DNA of 30,326 nucleotides. Source: an uncultured virus (IMG/VR IMGVR_UViG_3300034018_000714). Taxonomy: Duplodnaviria; Heunggongvirae; Uroviricota; Caudoviricetes. How positions within the stretch are numbered: position 1 is the first letter of the stretch; every line of letters begins with the position of its first letter. A program made the translations under genes and the position numbers. The notes beneath the pieces are model-generated. The model did not search any database. It was not told the DNA's origin and saw only the letters and a list, made by a program, of their open reading frames with translations. Positions 16,707 to 26,365 of the stretch are shown here, one piece after another. The stretch lies in the IMG/VR virus record IMGVR_UViG_3300034018_000714. One strand, 5' to 3'.

Positions 16707-17728
16707 CAGGCGAACACCAACTGCTTGATGGCGTCCAAGACCACACGGTCTTGCTCACCAGTCTTGCCAGTGATGCCATTGAGCATGTTGCGCTCAACAC
16801 GGGAGTTGTCAGCGCCTGCGTAGTGGTGCTGGTAGGTGTTCCAGCACTGGAGGACTCCAAGCGCAGTGCCTCGCCAAGGAGAGACCATTGGGTCACTCTT
16901 GTAGAGTTGGTGCAGGAGTTCCTGCTTGTTCTCAGCACGAGCCTTGACCTGAGGACGGATGTCCAAGTCAGTTGACAATGGCACGAGGCGCTCCACGATG
17001 GCTTTGAACTCGTTCTCGGTCACCTGCTGTGTGGAGAGGCGCTCAAGTTCAAGCATGATGTCGTCTGTGTACTCATGGATGAGACCAAGAGCGTCACGGA
17101 CTGTCTGCAACTTGCCGATGGAGTGCTTGCTGTGGCGCACCTTGTGCTTGGCTGTCTTCTCACCGAGGGCACCAGCGAGCGTGTTATCACACACGACCAC
17201 AGTGGACACCAACTGGAAGGTTGATGACAGGGTGCCGTCATGGCTGGTGCAGGCAAGGAGGTGAGGACGGATGTCAAAGCCTGATGGCGTTTTGATCGTC
17301 TCAGGCAATTCCACTTGCACATACGCCTTGCCACCTTGACGAAGGAGACCAGCACCGCCGATGGCGAGGTCGTTGTCGTCAACGAGGTTTGCAACGGTGT
17401 CAAGGAGCCACTTCTTGTACTGGTGAACTTGGTAGGAGGACTTGAAGATGTTGAACACCGTGTTGTCATCCGAGCGGACGATTGCCTTGCGAGCCTTGTC
17501 TTCTTTGTAGTGGATGCCACCACCTGCTGGCATTCCTACGAACACTGGAGCCTCAATGGCTGTCCAGTTGAAGAGACGGCGGAGGACATCATCCACAGGA
17601 ATCGCTCCCGTGTAGTGGTTGGGCTCGGCACCTTGTGATGACTCCTTGTAATGCCACGCATTACCTCGCTGTTCGCTGAATCCAACAAGGATGTTGGTGT
17701 TGAGCCATTCGGTAGTTTCTCTTGACAT
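16706..17728 (-). CDS. DUF932-family phage/plasmid protein
   Basis: KAIVRSD, AGLLRQG, LLACTSHDG, VVVCDNTL, VRHS. Confidence 0.85.
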   Translation of the reverse strand: MSRETTEWLNTNILVGFSEQRGNAWHYKESSQGAEPNHYTGAIPVDDVLRRLFNWTAIEAPVFVGMPAGGGIHYKEDKARKAIVRSDDNTVFNIFKSSYQVHQYKKWLLDTVANLVDDNDLAIGGAGLLRQGGKAYVQVELPETIKTPSGFDIRPHLLACTSHDGTLSSTFQLVSTVVVCDNTLAGALGEKTAKHKVRHSKHSIGKLQTVRDALGLIHEYTDDIMLELERLSTQQVTENEFKAIVERLVPLSTDLDIRPQVKARAENKQELLHQLYKSDPMVSPWRGTALGVLQCWNTYQHHYAGADNSRVERNMLNGITGKTGEQDRVVLDAIKQLVFA

Positions 17729-17810
17729 GGTTGGTTACTTTCTATGTTTGGTTGTTGTGGTTGTTAGTACCACACGAATGAATCTATCCGTGTGGTTGTT
17801 GCTTTGGCAA

Positions 17811-18014
17811 CTAGGGTTGTTTCTTTTTTGTGGGCTCGTAGGTGGCGATAGCGACACCAGAGATCGCAAGGGCTCCTGAGACAATCAGGGTGATGGGCTG
17901 TCCATACAGGAAGATGTTCATGAACAACCCTATATAGATTCCCAGTGCGTACAGAGGGAAGGACAGGGGAACCTGCACTCTCCTCTTGAACTTCTGTGGG
18001 TCAGTTACCCGCAT
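17811..18014 (-). CDS. small membrane protein
   Basis: Two hydrophobic segments; GGAGG upstream. Confidence 0.55.
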   Translation of the reverse strand: MRVTDPQKFKRRVQVPLSFPLYALGIYIGLFMNIFLYGQPITLIVSGALAISGVAIATYEPTKKKQP

Positions 18015-18301
18015 GTGTCCTCCATTTCATTGTCATTGATCCAGTCCACGAATGCGAACAGGTGCAAGGCGTCCACCACATTGATGGCACGAACTGATGT
18101 TTCGTTGCGGAAGGTCACACCATTTGGTAGTTCAAGCATTGCGGAGGATTCGTTAGCAACGACCTTCTCAATGGCTTCCACTGCCACGGGCACCATGTAC
18201 TGGGGCACAGGTGGAAAGCAGTTGCTGGTCAAGTGCATGCTTACGGCGGTCTTCAAGTCCTTTGTGAACTCGTATGTGTCGTATGCGGTTAGGTATCCCA
18301 T
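18005..18301 (-). CDS. hypothetical protein
   Basis: AAGGAGG RBS; HL.SN.FPPVP motif. Confidence 0.7.
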   Translation of the reverse strand: MGYLTAYDTYEFTKDLKTAVSMHLTSNCFPPVPQYMVPVAVEAIEKVVANESSAMLELPNGVTFRNETSVRAINVVDALHLFAFVDWINDNEMEDTCG

Positions 18302-18311
18302 GTTGTCCTCC

Positions 18312-18545
18312 TTAAAGAACTGTCGTCTCTGGCGAGATGAGTTGCTGTTTGATTAATTGTTTGATGAGCGCCTCAACATTTGCTTGAGCATCAAGCACTG
18401 AGAAGGCGTCCACTGGAATGGTTACTGTGATCAGGTGTCGCTCAAGGACATTGGGGGTGCCACACTTCTCGCAGACACCAAGCACATCAAAGTGGTTGTA
18501 GTCGGCTTCGCATGAACGGCACCAGAACGGTAGTTGGTTAATCAT
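18312..18545 (-). CDS. small zinc-ribbon protein
   Basis: AAGGAG RBS before ATG 18545; CRSC..CEKCG. Confidence 0.65.
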   Translation of the reverse strand: MINQLPFWCRSCEADYNHFDVLGVCEKCGTPNVLERHLITVTIPVDAFSVLDAQANVEALIKQLIKQQLISPETTVL

Positions 18546-18555
18546 TTGTTTCTCC

Positions 18556-18798
18556 TTAGAGGTATTCGGCTTCATCAAGGCTGATGAATGTGATGTCTTT
18601 TTCTTCGGGGTCTTCATCAAAGAGTCCCCATGATGCAGTGTCCTCATCGGGCACTAGTTCAACGGTGACGCTTCCCTTGTGCTTACGGAAGGTCTCTTCA
18701 ACCTTTGCGTATGCCATGTCCCACGCCTCGTCTTCGTCTATTGCATCGTCAATTTCAATGTCTGCATCCCATGCAATTCTGAACTTGTAAATGGTCAT
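18556..18798 (-). CDS. hypothetical acidic protein
   Basis: AAGGAG RBS. Confidence 0.7.
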   Translation of the reverse strand: MTIYKFRIAWDADIEIDDAIDEDEAWDMAYAKVEETFRKHKGSVTVELVPDEDTASWGLFDEDPEEKDITFISLDEAEYL

Positions 18799-18807
18799 TG
18801 TGTCTCC

Positions 18808-19362
18808 TTACGCCAATGAATCTTCTAGGTCATTGAGGGTATGTCCCTCTTGTTCTAACCACAACTTAAATACTTCTTCTGAACCAGTAGGCACGAGCAC
18901 GCTCACGGCTACCGAGAACAGATTGGATGTCGGGTCAAACACCAGCGCCACAACGCACGGTGGGTTCAATTCTTCGTTGACCATTCGTGTTGACAGATCA
19001 TTGAACAGCGCCTTGCGATCTGCGATGGGGTCACCCCATGAACCAGTCGTCCATCCACCAAGGACTTCTGTGAATCCCTCAATGGTTGTTTCGTAGTGCC
19101 CACGCCATGCATCATTGCTGATGTACTCACGCTTTATTTTTTCGTTGTGGTATTCGTCCCCGTACTCATCAGTGCGGAAGGCGTCTCCAATGAATAACTG
19201 CTTCACACCACCATTAGAGAACACGAAGATGACCTTTGACGATCCGTCAATGTCTTCCCCGTAGCACTGGTAGCAGAAGTAGGCGTCAACGATGTTGGAG
19301 AAGACACTGCCATCGTCAGTGTCAAACTCCCCTTCGCATGCTTTGCAATTAAATGTTGTCAT
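18808..19362 (-). CDS. hypothetical protein with N-terminal Zn finger
   Basis: AAGGAG RBS; CKAC..CYQC. Confidence 0.7.
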   Translation of the reverse strand: MTTFNCKACEGEFDTDDGSVFSNIVDAYFCYQCYGEDIDGSSKVIFVFSNGGVKQLFIGDAFRTDEYGDEYHNEKIKREYISNDAWRGHYETTIEGFTEVLGGWTTGSWGDPIADRKALFNDLSTRMVNEELNPPCVVALVFDPTSNLFSVAVSVLVPTGSEEVFKLWLEQEGHTLNDLEDSLA

Positions 19363-19631
19363 TGTGTCTCCTTTATTGGCTCAATCTCTTGAGTGTTGTT
19401 GATGTAGTAACCAAGGATGTTGGTTCCGTGTTTAATGTCCCACCATTGCTTGTGTGTTACCTCAAGCACGAGGATGTCTTGAATGTCCTCGGTGTCACCA
19501 AGGCGCTCGTAAATAATGCGGTCGTGGTCATCAATCTCTTGTGGTGTGTCACCGATGATGAACATGACCACATCTTCACCACCAGTTTCACTAGTCCATG
19601 TAACTGGGGCGAATGCTCCGATAGTTGTCAT
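19359..19631 (-). CDS. hypothetical protein
   Basis: AAGGAG RBS, ATGA coupling. Confidence 0.7.
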   Translation of the reverse strand: MTTIGAFAPVTWTSETGGEDVVMFIIGDTPQEIDDHDRIIYERLGDTEDIQDILVLEVTHKQWWDIKHGTNILGYYINNTQEIEPIKETQ

Positions 19632-19873
19632 TTGATCTCCTTGTTAAGTGATGTTGTGCGAAGAACAGAGTCTTCAAATGGTCGCACCCAGTCAAGGTCA
19701 ATGGACTGGATGACCACGACTCTGCCGTCAGTCAGTCGGAATGTCTCAGCGCCAGTGTCATCGTCACTGTCTAAGAACACCCCGCCGTCCAGTTCCTCGT
19801 AGGTGTACTGGTTGCCGTTGTTGGCATCGGGGATCAGTTGATCCTCTTCGTAGTTGCGGATGATGGTTGTCAT
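19628..19873 (-). CDS. hypothetical protein
   Basis: AAGGAG RBS, coupling. Confidence 0.7.
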   Translation of the reverse strand: MTTIIRNYEEDQLIPDANNGNQYTYEELDGGVFLDSDDDTGAETFRLTDGRVVVIQSIDLDWVRPFEDSVLRTTSLNKEIK

Positions 19874-20037
19874 TAGTTGTTCTCCTTTTGTTGTTCTTCG
19901 TACAGCAGTTCTGCGATCTCGTGTCGTGCTTCTTGAAGCAGTCTCACCAATCGTTTGTTACGCATTCCATGTAAGTCTGCGATAGACATTTGAATCTTGT
20001 AATCAATTTCTTTGAGGTTGAGTTGGTATGCGTTCAT
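19873..20037 (-). CDS. hypothetical protein
   Basis: TAATG coupling at both ends. Confidence 0.6.
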   Translation of the reverse strand: MNAYQLNLKEIDYKIQMSIADLHGMRNKRLVRLLQEARHEIAELLYEEQQKENN

Positions 20038-20345
20038 TATTCGCTTTCTTCTTCGGTGTAAGTCTCTACTTGAACTTGAATGGGTCGTGCCCATGGGTAC
20101 TCGGTCACGAAGTAACCGATGCGGTTGACAAGGTGGTAACCACTGACGATGGCTGTGCCCTCATCAGTGTCTACCCATGTCCATACGAGGTTCTCAGGCT
20201 GTGAGAGGACGAACGCAATGTCGTCTCCGTATGTCTCAAACAGGGTGCCGTTCCAGCCTTGGTCACCACTGATGTGGTTCTCAAGAGGCATGTACAGGCT
20301 CTCCCAAATGTCTACTTCTACTTCATGGATTGATGTGTTGCTCAT
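20037..20345 (-). CDS. hypothetical phage protein
   Basis: AAGGAG RBS; FETYG..VWT..GYHLVNRIGYFVTE.PW. Confidence 0.75.
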   Translation of the reverse strand: MSNTSIHEVEVDIWESLYMPLENHISGDQGWNGTLFETYGDDIAFVLSQPENLVWTWVDTDEGTAIVSGYHLVNRIGYFVTEYPWARPIQVQVETYTEEESE

Positions 20346-20379
20346 AATGAACTCCTTGGTTGGTTGTGGTGGTTGGTAT

Positions 20380-20474
20380 GGGCTGTGCCCTCAGAGTGCA
20401 TGGAGAAACAAAGGAGATAAGAACCCCATGCACCCTGAGCGCACCAGCGGTGTATTGTCACCGCTGAAGCGCCC
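20380..20474 (-). ncRNA. three-way-junction RNA-like element, copy 1
   Basis: GGGC / CAGCGGTG-loop-CACCGCTG / TGCGCTCAGGGTGCATGG...CCATGCACTCTGAGGGCA / GCCC. Confidence 0.6.
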
Positions 20475-20480
20475 TCTGTC

Positions 20481-20681
20481 TTACTTATAGGCGTTTGAGT
20501 AAGACGAGATCTCTTGTTCACGCTCATGCCGTTTGGCAATCGCTACTGCTATGTCAAGACGAGTGCTGTCAGAGGCATCGTTGATGTCTCTCCAGTCTTC
20601 GTCAGTCCAGTTCTCGGTGTTGACCACGAGGATGTCTGTTGCATCCCCGTAGTCACCGTCCACACTAAAGAAATGTTCCAT
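20481..20681 (-). CDS. hypothetical protein
   Basis: GAGGAG RBS, TGATG coupling. Confidence 0.65.
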   Translation of the reverse strand: MEHFFSVDGDYGDATDILVVNTENWTDEDWRDINDASDSTRLDIAVAIAKRHEREQEISSYSNAYK

Positions 20682-21133
20682 CAGAATGGCTCCTCATCTG
20701 CGTTGATGACAGGCACACCAATGACCTCGTTCACTGCGTTGCCGACTGCCATCCAGTCCACATCGTTGCAGTCACTCAGTGATTGCCAGTCCGCTGTGCG
20801 GTACACAGCGTCCCATTCTTCATCAGTGAGACGGCGGTTGGCATCACGCTCGGCATCCTCACGACACCATGTGACACCAGTGAACTTGAAGTGGTCACGG
20901 ATGGAGGAGATAAGCGCACGACCGATTTCCTGACCCTCTTCAGTGTTGGGGTCAATGCCTGTGAAGATCTTGTTGACCTCGTCCAGTCCGTGGTAGGTGA
21001 TGCTCCAGTCATCAGCGACAGCCTCGTTGATGTCCAAGATGAATGGTCGTAAGACCTCCTCAAGGATGGGTGTAGGTGATTGGTCTGCTGGGTGCTCAAT
21101 GTTGATAATGAGCGTTGCGTTTGATGTTTCCAT
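20681..21133 (-). CDS. hypothetical acidic protein
   Basis: AAGGAG RBS before ATG 21133. Confidence 0.7.
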   Translation of the reverse strand: METSNATLIINIEHPADQSPTPILEEVLRPFILDINEAVADDWSITYHGLDEVNKIFTGIDPNTEEGQEIGRALISSIRDHFKFTGVTWCREDAERDANRRLTDEEWDAVYRTADWQSLSDCNDVDWMAVGNAVNEVIGVPVINADEEPF

Positions 21134-21143
21134 GATGGCTCCT

Positions 21144-21341
21144 TTACTTGTTGTAATTAGTTGTTGTGCTCTCAACGAGCGTTGCTTTGTCTACGCAGTA
21201 GCGGTCACCTGAGAAGTCCTGCACTACGACTGCATCACACTTTGCGTGGTAGTCCACGGTGTTCCACAAGATGACACTCCCAAGAGCGAGAGCGACTCCT
21301 ATGAGCAGATAGATGATGTTGATTAATGTTTCTTGTTTCAT
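21144..21341 (-). CDS. small membrane protein
   Basis: N-terminal TM helix; AAGGAG RBS. Confidence 0.65.
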   Translation of the reverse strand: MKQETLINIIYLLIGVALALGSVILWNTVDYHAKCDAVVVQDFSGDRYCVDKATLVESTTTNYNK

Positions 21342-21664
21342 TGGTTGGCTCCTTCAGTTATGCGCTTCCACCCTATGTGGTTGCAGTAGTACGACCTGCC
21401 GTTGATAGTGACCTCGTCACCCACCGACATTGCCGTGTGTGTTCGGTTCTCAGGGAGTACTGGCTCCAGCACTCTCCAGAATGAACCTTTGTAGAGGTTG
21501 GTGTCCCGCCACACTTTGTCCAGCAAGTCAGTGTCATTGAGGATGTTGCCCTCGCTGTGGACATTCGCAAAGTCGTAAGAGACGGTCACCGATGTGATCT
21601 TCTTCCCGAACCCAAGCGCATCCTTGAATGCTTTCCATGTGACTGTGACTTCGTATGTGCTCAT
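21338..21664 (-). CDS. hypothetical phage protein
   Basis: RTHTAMSVGDEV.I....Y.C...GW (YodL-like SVGD motif). Confidence 0.7.
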   Translation of the reverse strand: MSTYEVTVTWKAFKDALGFGKKITSVTVSYDFANVHSEGNILNDTDLLDKVWRDTNLYKGSFWRVLEPVLPENRTHTAMSVGDEVTINGRSYYCNHIGWKRITEGANQ

Positions 21665-21858
21665 TGATTGTTCTCCTTTTGTTCTAGTTCTGCGATTGCT
21701 CGCTCTGCGTTGTTTGCGTTGATGATGTGTCGTGCCGATGCTTCGTAATCATTCTGTGTGACAGCCACCTTTGAGAATCCTTCGTTCCACTTCATGTAGA
21801 GGAACAAGGCATCAATGATGGTGTCCAGTGACTGCTTGCTGAGTTGTTCTGCGCTCAC
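21661..21858 (-). CDS. hypothetical protein
   Basis: AAGGAG-GTG, coupling. Confidence 0.6.
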   Translation of the reverse strand: MSAEQLSKQSLDTIIDALFLYMKWNEGFSKVAVTQNDYEASARHIINANNAERAIAELEQKENNQ

Positions 21859-22154
21859 TGGTCGTCTCCTTCAGCGAGGACGAGTGCGTAGTCGTCAACG
21901 AGGTCAACCCACCAGCCAGCACCCACTGAGAACTTGTCTCGGTGTTCTGCGATGCACTTGTGAAGCCAAGCCAAGTCCTTCTCGTCAAGGTAGAAGAAGA
22001 TGTCTTCATCGTTGATGCCGAACGAGTCGGTAGTTGCGTTGGGATCGTCATGGTCGTACTGACCGAACGAGATGTAGACATCTTGGTAGCCGTCAGGACT
22101 GTCGTCCCACACGATGCCACACTCAATGCCTCGGTAGATATTTGTTGTTGTCAT
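21855..22154 (-). CDS. hypothetical acidic protein
   Basis: AAGGAG RBS before ATG 22154. Confidence 0.7.
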   Translation of the reverse strand: MTTTNIYRGIECGIVWDDSPDGYQDVYISFGQYDHDDPNATTDSFGINDEDIFFYLDEKDLAWLHKCIAEHRDKFSVGAGWWVDLVDDYALVLAEGDDQ

Positions 22155-22178
22155 ATTGTTCTCCTTGTTGGTTGCTTT

Positions 22179-22259
22179 GGACTGCGTCCCATGAGCACTG
22201 CGAGGTGTCCCGACCCCACAGTGCTCGTGGCACGCCACGGGGTTGCCCCCGTGACGCCC
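22179..22259 (-). ncRNA. three-way-junction RNA-like element, copy 2
   Basis: GGGC / TCACGGGG-GCAA-CCCCGTGG / CGTGCCACGAGCACTG...CAGTGCTCATGGGACG / GTCC. Confidence 0.6.
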
Positions 22260-22282
22260 TACCTGAGCACCACCCCAGTTTG

Positions 22283-23821
22283 TTAGCCGACCCAGTCAGC
22301 GAGCAATGAGGCGACTAGCGAACCAGCCTCCACATTGAGGTCTTCAGCGTTGCCGTCAAGCACCGCCGAGAGAACCTCCTGCTTCGCATTGAGCAGGTTG
22401 AAGAGTCGGTCGTCAATGGTCAACTCACCATCGGTACGAGCACCTGTGAGGTGCCAGCAAGTGACAGATTCTGTCTGACCGAAGCGATGGCATCGGTCAG
22501 TGGCTTGCTGTAATTCCGCAGGTGTCCACGGTAACTCCACGCTCACCCACTGGTTGGCACGGGTGAGCGTGAGACCAACACCAGCGGAGGTGTAGTTGCC
22601 CACGAACACGCTCGCACGACCCGACTGGAAGTCGTCCACTGCTTGTTGCTTGTCAGCATCACTCATGCCACCGAGGACACTCACGACATTCCATCGTGGG
22701 TCTTCAACAGCACGGCGCTCACACTCTTCAATGAGAGCGGTGAGCACTGCACGGTGGTGACCGAAGACGACCACTGGCTGGTCACCTTCAATGATGGACT
22801 CAAGATGCTCAATGGCGTGCTTGACCTTGACCTTTGCAATCTCCTGTCGCAGGGCTGACAACTGCGTGATGGTCTCAGCACGAGACACACGAAGCACAGC
22901 CTCACGACCACCCTTGCCGTACACCCAAGCGAGGAAGTCTTCCTCAATGCGGAGGTAGTCACGCAACTCAGTCTTGCTGAGAGCGATAGCAACCTGAGCA
23001 CTGCGCTTGGCTGGCAACTCGGTGAGCACATCAGCCTTCTTACGGCGGATGTAGCAGGTGCCACGCAACTTCTCATGCAACTCTGCGCTGTTGGTTGAAC
23101 CATTGAATGTCCAGCCGAACGCATTCTTGATGGGGTCGCAGTAGCGCCACTTGAATGAACCAGCAGAGCCGAACACAGGGTTCAACTGACCGATCGTGTC
23201 AAGCAGTGGCACCAACTCCACAGGACGGTTGACCGCTGGCGTGCCTGAGGCGAGCACCACATACCCTTCGGCAGGGATGCCACGAGCGATGCCCTGCAAT
23301 GCGATGGTGCGCTTTGCCTTGCCGTTCTTAAAGCGGTGTGCCTCGTCTACCAGCAGAGCACCGAAGCCCTCCTTGTTGAGAGCCTGAGCCCAGCCAGCGA
23401 TGGATGCGTCACCAACGATGGTGACCTGTGCACCGTTGCACTGGGTGGCACGGGTGCCCTCAAGAATCTCAACGGTCAATGCGTTGTTGGTGAACTTGTC
23501 AATCTCACGCTTCCACTGGAGTCGCAGTGACGGTGGCACGCTGATGAGGACACGGAGACCCTGCTCAACAGCCTTGAGAGCCACGGCAATGAGTTGTGGT
23601 GTCTTGCCCAAGCCCATCTCGTCACCGAGGATGACACGGCGTTGCTTGAGGGCATACGCCACGCCAGCACGCTGGTACGGGAGCAGTGGGAGGGCAAGGT
23701 CAAAGTCAAGGTCAAAGTCATGCGCTCCTGAAAGCGCAGACAACTCAGGGCACACATCAATGGGTGATGCAGTGCGGACAGCGGACGCCAGTAAGGCGTC
23801 CAATTCGGAACGGTGGGACAT
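22283..23821 (-). CDS. SNF2/SWI2-family (HARP-like) helicase
   Basis: LLPYQ..GV, GDEMGLGKT, VDEAH, SGTP.VNRP, GVGLTL, PWTP..LQQA.DRCHRFGQ. Confidence 0.92.
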   Translation of the reverse strand: MSHRSELDALLASAVRTASPIDVCPELSALSGAHDFDLDFDLALPLLPYQRAGVAYALKQRRVILGDEMGLGKTPQLIAVALKAVEQGLRVLISVPPSLRLQWKREIDKFTNNALTVEILEGTRATQCNGAQVTIVGDASIAGWAQALNKEGFGALLVDEAHRFKNGKAKRTIALQGIARGIPAEGYVVLASGTPAVNRPVELVPLLDTIGQLNPVFGSAGSFKWRYCDPIKNAFGWTFNGSTNSAELHEKLRGTCYIRRKKADVLTELPAKRSAQVAIALSKTELRDYLRIEEDFLAWVYGKGGREAVLRVSRAETITQLSALRQEIAKVKVKHAIEHLESIIEGDQPVVVFGHHRAVLTALIEECERRAVEDPRWNVVSVLGGMSDADKQQAVDDFQSGRASVFVGNYTSAGVGLTLTRANQWVSVELPWTPAELQQATDRCHRFGQTESVTCWHLTGARTDGELTIDDRLFNLLNAKQEVLSAVLDGNAEDLNVEAGSLVASLLADWVG

Positions 23822-23852
23822 GGATTACTCCTTGGTTATGTTGGTGCTCGGT

Positions 23853-23933
23853 GAGCGATGCTATCGCTCTCACTACCTATTCACACTTTATGAATAGGCA
23901 CTGAGAGCGCCACCGCCGAAGCGGTGACACCTC
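23853..23933 (-). ncRNA. three-way-junction RNA-like element, copy 3
   Basis: GGTG / TCACCGC-TTCG-GCGGTGG / CGCTCTCA-GTGCCTATTCA...TGAATAGGTAG-TGAGAGCG / CATC. Confidence 0.6.
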
Positions 23934-24010
23934 CTGTGCATTTGTATCACCGCCTCACCACACAGTAATGAGGGACGGTGTCTAGGGAGTTTGATGTCCC
24001 TGAGATTCTG

Positions 24011-24679
24011 TTACTTCTTGGCGCACTCAGAGCCGAGACCACGAGCACGAGATGCTTCATCGGTGAGGTGACGACCACACTTACCACACACACCAAGTTC
24101 ACGCCCGTAGCGAGCCTGCGCCTCGGTCAGTTCGTCAGTTGATAGTGAGACCAGCGCCTCAACGATCCGCTTGGTCTCGGCATCAGTCACACGGAATGGT
24201 GCCTGTCCACCGAGGACTCGTAGCACCTCCTTCTTGCCGTTCTTGAGGTGAACGAAGAAGAAGTCAAGGTCGTTGTTACCAGTGAGCGATGGGATGGCGT
24301 AGTAGCCACGGTCAACCGTCTCAAGAGCGTCAGCCTCGTAGAGGCAGTCACCCTTGGCGTGGTATGTGCGCCAGCCGTAGTTCGCCTGCACAGCGAAGCC
24401 AGCACCAGTGTCAACCTCACGGTTGCACAAGGCGCACTCCTTGGCGAACTTGTTGACGATAACACGACCCTCAGGCAAGTGAGCATGCTCAGGGTTACGG
24501 GGCGCAGGGATGGACTTCAACTTGTCAATGATTTCGCTCGCAGACTTTGCGGTCAACTTGTTGATGCCCTTCTCTTCTATGTACTTGTCAATGTCGTCAA
24601 TGCCGAGCACCGAGAGGCGCTCCTGCAATAACGAACGGACGAATGACTGTTGCTTGGGGGTGATGGTGGTGGCTGACAT
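24011..24679 (-). CDS. DUF6011-like Zn-finger protein
   Basis: C-terminal YG..LG.CG.CGR.LTDE.SR.RG.G.EC; AAGGAG RBS. Confidence 0.8.
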   Translation of the reverse strand: MSATTITPKQQSFVRSLLQERLSVLGIDDIDKYIEEKGINKLTAKSASEIIDKLKSIPAPRNPEHAHLPEGRVIVNKFAKECALCNREVDTGAGFAVQANYGWRTYHAKGDCLYEADALETVDRGYYAIPSLTGNNDLDFFFVHLKNGKKEVLRVLGGQAPFRVTDAETKRIVEALVSLSTDELTEAQARYGRELGVCGKCGRHLTDEASRARGLGSECAKK

Positions 24680-24705
24680 TGATTGTTCTCCTTTACTAGA
24701 ACGGG

Positions 24706-25008
24706 TTATTGGTTGAGGTATTGGTAGGCGTACTCGTCAGGGTCGTTCTCACGCAGGTACTCCTCGTACCTTTGCTCGTCCTCCATTAACTGGCGCTCGG
24801 TTGCTAGTTCGTCACGGTAGACACAGCCAGCGCATGTGGCACGCTCGCAGTCCTCGTCAAATACCCAAAAGGGTACGAAGGGTGACTGCTTGACACCGAT
24901 TAATTCTGAGCACTGTGAGCAGGTGCTGGGGAACTCAATGTCTGAGTTCTCCAACACATCGGACTCACTCACGAGCCATGGCTGAATGGGTTGTTCGTAT
25001 GGGTTCAT
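24706..25008 (-). CDS. hypothetical Zn-finger protein
   Basis: CSQC..CAGC; AAGGAG RBS. Confidence 0.65.
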   Translation of the reverse strand: MNPYEQPIQPWLVSESDVLENSDIEFPSTCSQCSELIGVKQSPFVPFWVFDEDCERATCAGCVYRDELATERQLMEDEQRYEEYLRENDPDEYAYQYLNQ

Positions 25009-25223
25009 TGGTTCTCTCCTTCATTGGGGCGCCACACATGTGTGTCTGTCTCGTCACCGACATAGAGCGCACTGTATGCACCCTCACGGGACTGGAGGTT
25101 GTAGTACTCCTCCACATACGGTTGCTTGAGCAGTGACTCAGCAACCAGTGCCTCTGCCTCTTGCTGTGACTCCGCTATGACGATGGCACGCACGGTGACA
25201 TCAATGCTGAATGGTTGGCTCAT
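25005..25223 (-). CDS. small hypothetical protein (DpnD/PcfM-like)
   Basis: VTVRAIVIAESQQEAEALV; AAGGAG RBS. Confidence 0.65.
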   Translation of the reverse strand: MSQPFSIDVTVRAIVIAESQQEAEALVAESLLKQPYVEEYYNLQSREGAYSALYVGDETDTHVWRPNEGENQ

Positions 25224-25702
25224 TGGGTTACTCCTTCGTAGTAGAACTCACGCACAGCATCAGACAGAGAGCCTGACGCACTGCCAAGGTCAAGGATGGG
25301 GTTGTCGGCATCGTCAGCGAAGCGCAGGACACTCGCCACGATCTCCTCGTCACCTTCCATGGAATCGCTCACCACAATGGAGAGTCGCACACGCCTGCGC
25401 TGTGGGTGCTGGCTCGGCGCTCCATCAACAGTGCCGTCCGCATTGAGCGGTGATGCCCAACCAGCGGTCACGATGACCGCAGAGTCAAACAGGTGGACAG
25501 TACTGCGGACTGACTTCTTCTTGAGAAGGTCGTACACATCCTTGTCAGTGTCCAGCAGTGACAGCGTGCCACCAGCGTTGATGCCGTACACACGAGCATC
25601 ACTGAAGTTGAATGCATCGTCAGTGATGGACAGCGCACGGTGCACCCTGTCCTCTGTGTCCAGTGTGAATGTTCCGAAGTCATCGGTCTTGAAAATTGTC
25701 AT
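25220..25702 (-). CDS. hypothetical phage protein
   Basis: AGGAG RBS; GWASP...PSQHPQRRRVRL. Confidence 0.75.
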   Translation of the reverse strand: MTIFKTDDFGTFTLDTEDRVHRALSITDDAFNFSDARVYGINAGGTLSLLDTDKDVYDLLKKKSVRSTVHLFDSAVIVTAGWASPLNADGTVDGAPSQHPQRRRVRLSIVVSDSMEGDEEIVASVLRFADDADNPILDLGSASGSLSDAVREFYYEGVTQ

Positions 25703-25738
25703 TGGGTTCTCCTGTTGTTGTTGTTGTTGTTGGTTGTC

Positions 25739-26071
25739 TCAGCCGTACACGAGTTCGTTGAAGAATGCGTACTGCCAAATGGCATCGTGGTCAGTGTGGT
25801 CGGTACCGCACTCCTTGAGGTCGTCCCAGTCACCACCGTTTTGAATCCACAGTGCGATGCCCCTGAGGCAGGACTCCGTGTCAAAGTTGTAGCGGTAACC
25901 GTTGTTGATGAGGTAGGTCTCACCCTCAATGTCGGTGTGCACTTCGTACTCGTCATCAGCCACCCAGTAGCGACAGCCGTCAGAGGACTTGATGTAGTCA
26001 ATGACCTCATCGCTCACCATGAGGGTGTACGAGATGGTCAGTGGGTGGCGTGTGTTGGTTGCTGTGCTCAT
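25739..26071 (-). CDS. hypothetical phage protein
   Basis: AAGGAG RBS; YW...D..D.DAI.QYA.F.E.VYG C-terminus. Confidence 0.75.
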   Translation of the reverse strand: MSTATNTRHPLTISYTLMVSDEVIDYIKSSDGCRYWVADDEYEVHTDIEGETYLINNGYRYNFDTESCLRGIALWIQNGGDWDDLKECGTDHTDHDAIWQYAFFNELVYG

Positions 26072-26355
26072 TTGTTGTTCTCCTTGTTGATGGTTTCAAT
26101 TTGTTTGATGGTGAGTTGGTTGTCCATGTCAATGATGGAATAGCGAATCTTCCATCCTTGCTTCTCAATGTGACGCATGCGCTTGTCCATGGCGTCAACG
26201 CTCACGGAGTTACCGAAGCGTTTCCATGGCTCGCTCGCATCCTTGCGCCAGTACGAGACGACACGCTTCGCATGGCGCCCCGTGGTCACACCCTTGAACG
26301 GCTGTAGGACGCCGTCAGGGTCAGTGAAGGTTGGGTATGTCTCAAGTGTTGTCAT
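26068..26355 (-). CDS. hypothetical protein
   Basis: AAGGAGG RBS before ATG 26355. Confidence 0.65.
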   Translation of the reverse strand: MTTLETYPTFTDPDGVLQPFKGVTTGRHAKRVVSYWRKDASEPWKRFGNSVSVDAMDKRMRHIEKQGWKIRYSIIDMDNQLTIKQIETINKENNK

Positions 26356-26365
26356 TGGCGCCTCC

